Below, one piece after another: positions 59,599 through 64,000 of a stretch of DNA of 64,000 nucleotides. The stretch is from Chrysemys picta bellii (Eukaryota): NCBI RefSeq assembly GCF_011386835.1, contig NC_088812.1, positions 13,268,001-13,332,000 of the forward strand. The letters run 5' to 3'. The notes beneath the pieces were generated by a model that was not told where the DNA came from, did no database searches, and worked only from the letters and a program-made list of their open reading frames with translations. Both the position numbers and the translations under genes were made by a program. Numbering within the stretch: the stretch's first letter is position 1; each line of letters begins with the position of its first letter.

Positions 59599-61019
59599 AG
59601 GGGACGTATAAACATCAGACAGGGTTGAGATCAAGACTACGGCCTAGTGCGCTGGACTGGGAGCTAGAATTCATAACTTGGCTAGACTCTAAAAAGCTTG
59701 GACTCCGTAGAGTCGGATTGATGGCTCGTTACAACAGTCTGTAACCCCCCACCCCTTGGAATGACGTCTCACAATATGGGTCAGCTGCTTATGCTTAACA
59801 ATCTGTCCCACCTTGCACTTAGCCATGACACTCTGAGGACTTTTCCCAGCCCTGGAGAAGAGCTCTGTGTGGCTCGAGGTTAGTCCCATATTGCTTCCCC
59901 CACCTTGTCTCTGTACCAGGCCAGGCAAACGACCAAGCTCCTGCGGTAGGAGCTCTTGCTGATCAAAGGAGAATTGCAGGCGCACGGTTCCAGAAAAGTC
60001 ACTGAATCGTCACGCAGCGGCTCAGCCAGCACGTTAGGAGCTGTACTCAGCTTGTCTAGACCTTGTAGGTCTTACGAGGACGCTCCTGCTGTCTCCTACT
60101 GTCCCTGATGGCCTCAGAGGCCAGAGTTAATGGACAATCCTTCCTGAAAGAAAACACCGTCTATCTGGCCAGAGGAAGGGTGGGAATAGAACTGGGTGGA
60201 GAAGGACAATTCCGTTTCACACCAACTTTCTCGAGGTTTCAAAATCGGGTTGGTTCCACATTGGCTCCAAACCCCAAACGCTTTCTGAAAATGGAACCGG
60301 CCCCAAAGGCCCCTTTTCGGATCGACCAGGTCACGTTTTGAAGCTGGGCCCCTCTCTGCAAGTAACCAGCGAGTCCGCCCTACCCGTCACCACCTTCCCG
60401 TCAAAATAGAGATGTCTCCGCCAAACGGTTTCGACAGCAGATTTTGACAAGAAAAAAACAACGGTTTAATTGCAAACGTGCTGCCCAGCTCTCTATAGTA
60501 ACCAGGTGGGCGTTTTTTAGTTGTTCCCTCCGAGGCTGGGATACCACATTGATGGGCAACATCACAAGAAGCTAGGAAGATGCCTAGTTACTAACGGCAT
60601 GAGAGAAGGGAGAAAGGGCAGGTTTGAGGTTCACTGGACCTTGGGCAAATCACCTGACCTCTCTGTGCCGAGCAGCATTGCTGGGCTGGGTCAGACCTGT
60701 GGGCCATCTCACCCAGTATCCTGTCTCTGACAGTGGCTAGCACCAGAGACTAGAGAGGAAGGCGTAGGAACCCTGAACCGCATTGATGGTCTTTTATAGC
60801 CTTAATACCCCTGCTCCCACCTGGAGAACATTTCCCTCTGCAAAGGTGTGTTCCGAAGCATGGGGCAGGGATTGGCTTTTCTTTCTGTGTCCGTCCAGCG
60901 CCCAGCACGGCGGCGTCCTGGACACGTGATTGGGGCTCCAGCAAACAACAGAGTCCTAGGAAACATCAGGCAAAGAAGCTGAGAGACAGGGCAGCTCATA
61001 AGTAAAAATCGTGGTGTTA

Positions 61020-61331
61020 TTGACTAGTCAAGGCTGTTTTTAATCTACGCCACAAAGGGGGTTCTGCTGGCTGCCCGGGGTGTCTGCGGAGGGGAAAGCA
61101 CCATGGGGCCGGGGCATTACTCTATTTCCAAACAGCGAGCACTAGCGTTAGGACGAGGCACGGGCCGGAATGGGGCAGCGGGGACAAGACAGAGCACGGG
61201 TGGGGGAAGAGTTCTCCACGACATGGCGAGAGGGTTCCGGTTCAGTTGAGAGCGCGGCGGGCTTTGGAGAGCGGCTTCGTCTCCGTTTCTCGAGGCGCTG
61301 CCGACGCTTTGCTTGTCCCCGGCGTGGGCAT
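61020..61331 (-). other. Candidate TAC3 terminal non-coding exon
   Basis: Strong acceptor TTTCCTCCTTCTTTCCTGCAG (AG at 61333-61332) and ATTAAA at 61044-61039; the upstream TAC3 exon ends in a donor after its stop, so a 3' exon is required. Confidence 0.45.
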
Positions 61332-63215
61332 CTGCAGGAAAGAAGGAGGAAACCCACGGCACGTTGGATCCTTCCACCCTGGGGTGGCACAGCTTGGAAT
61401 AAGTCTTGGGAGAGCTGGAAAAGCCTGGCTAAGCCGATTAGATGCATTAGCCTCCTTCCCTACCCCTGGAAGCCAGCGCTCCCACTCCTTTCCCAGCAAC
61501 GGTGAGCTTGGTACATACGAACCACCTTTCAATAACATGCAATCACCCACAAATTGTACACATGCAAATAACCCCCCGCCCCCAAGCACACAGGGGAAGA
61601 CACAGCCCAGTGGAAGACCCGGCAATGGGTGACAGCGGGCGTAGCCGTGGTACTGGACTCATCTGCATGCGTGGAAAGTGCCTTCCACAAATTTGCTCTT
61701 TTCCTCCATTTCCTAAAATTACAGCGCAATTATCGTTAAGGCTTCGGCTCGGCACGAAGCGAAGCCCGCCAGCTCCTGGTCTCATTACCCAGCCGTCGCC
61801 GGGATGCAAATCACCAGCTAATGAATTCATAATAGCAGAATAAGTGCCGTGTAATCACCCGGTTAGGGGGATTACAGCTATTTATGTCCCGTAACCCAGC
61901 CTGCCGTGTGCTAACACGCACAGGGTCAGGGCTCTGCTCAGCGCACGAGCGGGTGATAGCGAGCGCGGGACCATCAATGGGATTTTCGATCTGTAATTAA
62001 AGACCCCATATAGGTATTTAAGGGCTAATGCACGAGGAGAAGCGTGACCCTTCGGGACGGTTTGCTCACGCGGCTGTGGTTTGGCAAACCTCGTATTCTC
62101 GGCGGTAATCGCTCCCGCGGTCGTGAAACTCCCCGGCCTGGTGTGTGTGGACGGGACGTCTTGCGTGGAGACGGATCCCATTCCCCTACGGCTGGCTAAT
62201 ACAGCACCTTAGTAGGAGGTGCTAGCAGGACCTGATGTCCCAAAGGGCTGAGTTGAGACCATGGGATGTGAGGGGGAGGGTGGTGGTCAGCCCCTCTGTA
62301 GTATGAAGCCAAATACCAAGCTTCAAGGTGGTATCCCAAAAACGGAAGTGTCAAAAATCAGGGGCCACTTTAACGTTCCCCACCAGGACAGGACTGGCAG
62401 GAGGGTGGGTTGGTGCGTGCGGGGCCGGTGGGGCTTCCAGCTGCTACTGGGGGACAACAGTAAAAGGACCAGAGACAAAAGCCCACATGGGGAAAGTGCA
62501 GGAGCCCAGAGCAGGCCCTCTGGACTCACGCCACACAGGGGACCGTTGTAACCCCGAGCTACGGCTCGTTCTCAGCCGTCCCCGTAACGCGAGCCCGGGA
62601 CTCAACAGAAAAACGTTCGTCGATTCCAAAGCCAGAAGGGACCGTTGTGATCATCTAGTCTGACGCCGGGGGGCCATGGCCCCATCACCTTTTACCAGCG
62701 ATGGGGGGCGGGAGCAGAAAGGAGTGAGCAGGGGATGGGGTTTGGGGGGAGGAAGAAGTGGCGCAGGAGTGGGGCTCAGGGAGTGGGGGCAGCGCGGGGG
62801 TGGGGCCTCGGGGAAAGGGGGTGGGGCCACACCTTGGGCACCAGTGGGCCCCCACACACACACACACACTGGAGCCAGGATGGCTACTCCGTGGTGCCAG
62901 GATCTCACCCTTAGTGTCCCAGAAGCAGGTGGCATTGGCCACCTGCATCTCAGCCCAGCACAGCAGCTCTATGTTCGGACCCGAAAGAGGTGAAGGATTC
63001 GCAGTCTCGGGGTGGCAAAAGGCCTATCAGCCGAGCGCCATTCGCGAGCGGCCCCCGAGGTTCGGGTCAAACGCTCCCATGTCCCCCTGCCAGAGGCCCG
63101 AGCTGCAGCGAGACGTGGGGCTGCTTTTCTCCACCTCGCTGGGCGTGTGGGCGTGAGCCCGCGTGCGTCGCACGGGAAGGGGAGCGAACAGAACCGGGCC
63201 CCCGCTGCCCTCACC

Positions 63216-63289
63216 TCATTCTACATTTGGGGGGTATTTGAGGTCGCCGAAGCCAGCGGAAGTCTCCTTGTTCCCGTCTGTGGGGTCGT
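63216..63289 (-). CDS. TAC3: TAC3 last coding exon (DDPTDGNKETSAGFGDLKYPPNVE*)
   Basis: In frame with the NKB exon; resembles the human C-terminus [24 protein letters not shown]; CTAG acceptor; stop followed 1 nt later by a GTGAGG donor. Confidence 0.9.
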
Positions 63290-63666
63290 CTAGGGTTAAA
63301 CAGCAGGGCAGAGATGCAGTCAGTTCCTTCCCAGGCCCGTTCGCCCAGCCGGGACGGCCCCCGCCCATGGCTCAGCCCCTGCAGGAAGCCCCCCGTCCTG
63401 GAACGGTCAACCTGTTCCACCCCCCTTGTGTCACCGGAGTGGGGGGACACTGGCCAGAGCTGGAAGCGCTGGACTGGGACAGCCCGTCCTGCAGTATAGA
63501 CACAGGATCTCCGTTAGGGGCATCAAGGCCTCGCCCCTGAGTGGGCGGGCGGGTGCATGGACACTTGACGGTGGTGGGAACGGGCGTCCTGGGGCTTCCG
63601 GCCGGCGCCTCGTCGCAGAACACCCGCCTCTGCCCGCCAAGTTGGCCTCACACGGGCCCCACTTAC

Positions 63667-63720
63667 CGGGCTCTGGGGTCCTTTTCCCCATGAGGCCGAC
63701 AAAGAAGTCGTGCATGTCCC
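63667..63720 (-). CDS. TAC3: Tachykinin 3 exon encoding neurokinin B (54 nt)
   Basis: (R)[17 protein letters not shown]: exact NKB decapeptide with amidation Gly and dibasic site; TTTCTGCAG acceptor; GTAAGT donor at 63666. Confidence 0.95.
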
Positions 63721-64000
63721 CTGCAGAAAGACAAGGGGGTCAGCGGAGCGGGTGCCCCTAGCTGAGTCAGCCTGGCAGGCCGGGGAAGGGAAGAGACGCC
63801 ACCTGAGGCTTTTCATCTGGGTCATCTTTGCCAAAGCGCCTTCTGGGTCCAGACCCGCCCCCCCCCGAGACGCCTCGGGCCCGGCTCCCAGACTGGGCAC
63901 AGCTGGAACCGAGCACACGGGCTCTGGGGCAGGGCCGGCCCTGGCCGATCCAAGACTCAGCCTGGGGCCAAGCGCAGACGGGACCGAACCATGGCCCTGG

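Noticed and set aside
63803-63875. Upstream TAC3 exon (LDPEGALAKMTQMKSLR, faintly like human LEGLLKALSQ)
   Set aside because: The donor (GTGGCG) is weak and phase 2 is incompatible with the phase-1 NKB exon; upstream exons probably lie beyond the window.

Overview
Vertebrate, almost certainly turtle, genomic DNA: it carries a tortoise-type tRNA/CR1-tail SINE, turtle-like CR1 and Penelope repeats. The region is syntenic with the human HSD17B6/RDH16-GPR182-ZBTB39-TAC3 block. Genes: (1) two intact, convergent 4-exon RDH16/HSD17B6-like short-chain dehydrogenases (3010-5409 +; 18810-13821 -; both 317 aa, exon sizes 313/259/164/218); (2) an orphan third copy of their first coding exon (22334-22646 +) inside an 835-bp inverted duplication; (3) GPR182 (36784-37878 +); (4) ZBTB39 (52471-50336 -), whose probable non-coding first exon is sandwiched between two G-rich minisatellites; (5) the last two coding exons of TAC3, including neurokinin B. 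Repeats include a 3.5-kb decayed CR1, many CR1 3' ends, a solo LTR, hAT, Tc1/mariner and Harbinger-like MITEs. The most striking unannotated structure is a family of Penelope-derived elements between 21.5 and 36 kb. Five have 9-15-bp target-site duplications. They carry minimal type-I hammerhead ribozyme motifs (CUGANGA...GAAA with a palindromic AGCU stem III): two have intact cores, and one is split by a MITE. The RDH paralogues also show a clear exon-restricted gene-conversion signature. All calls are by eye; no database search was run.
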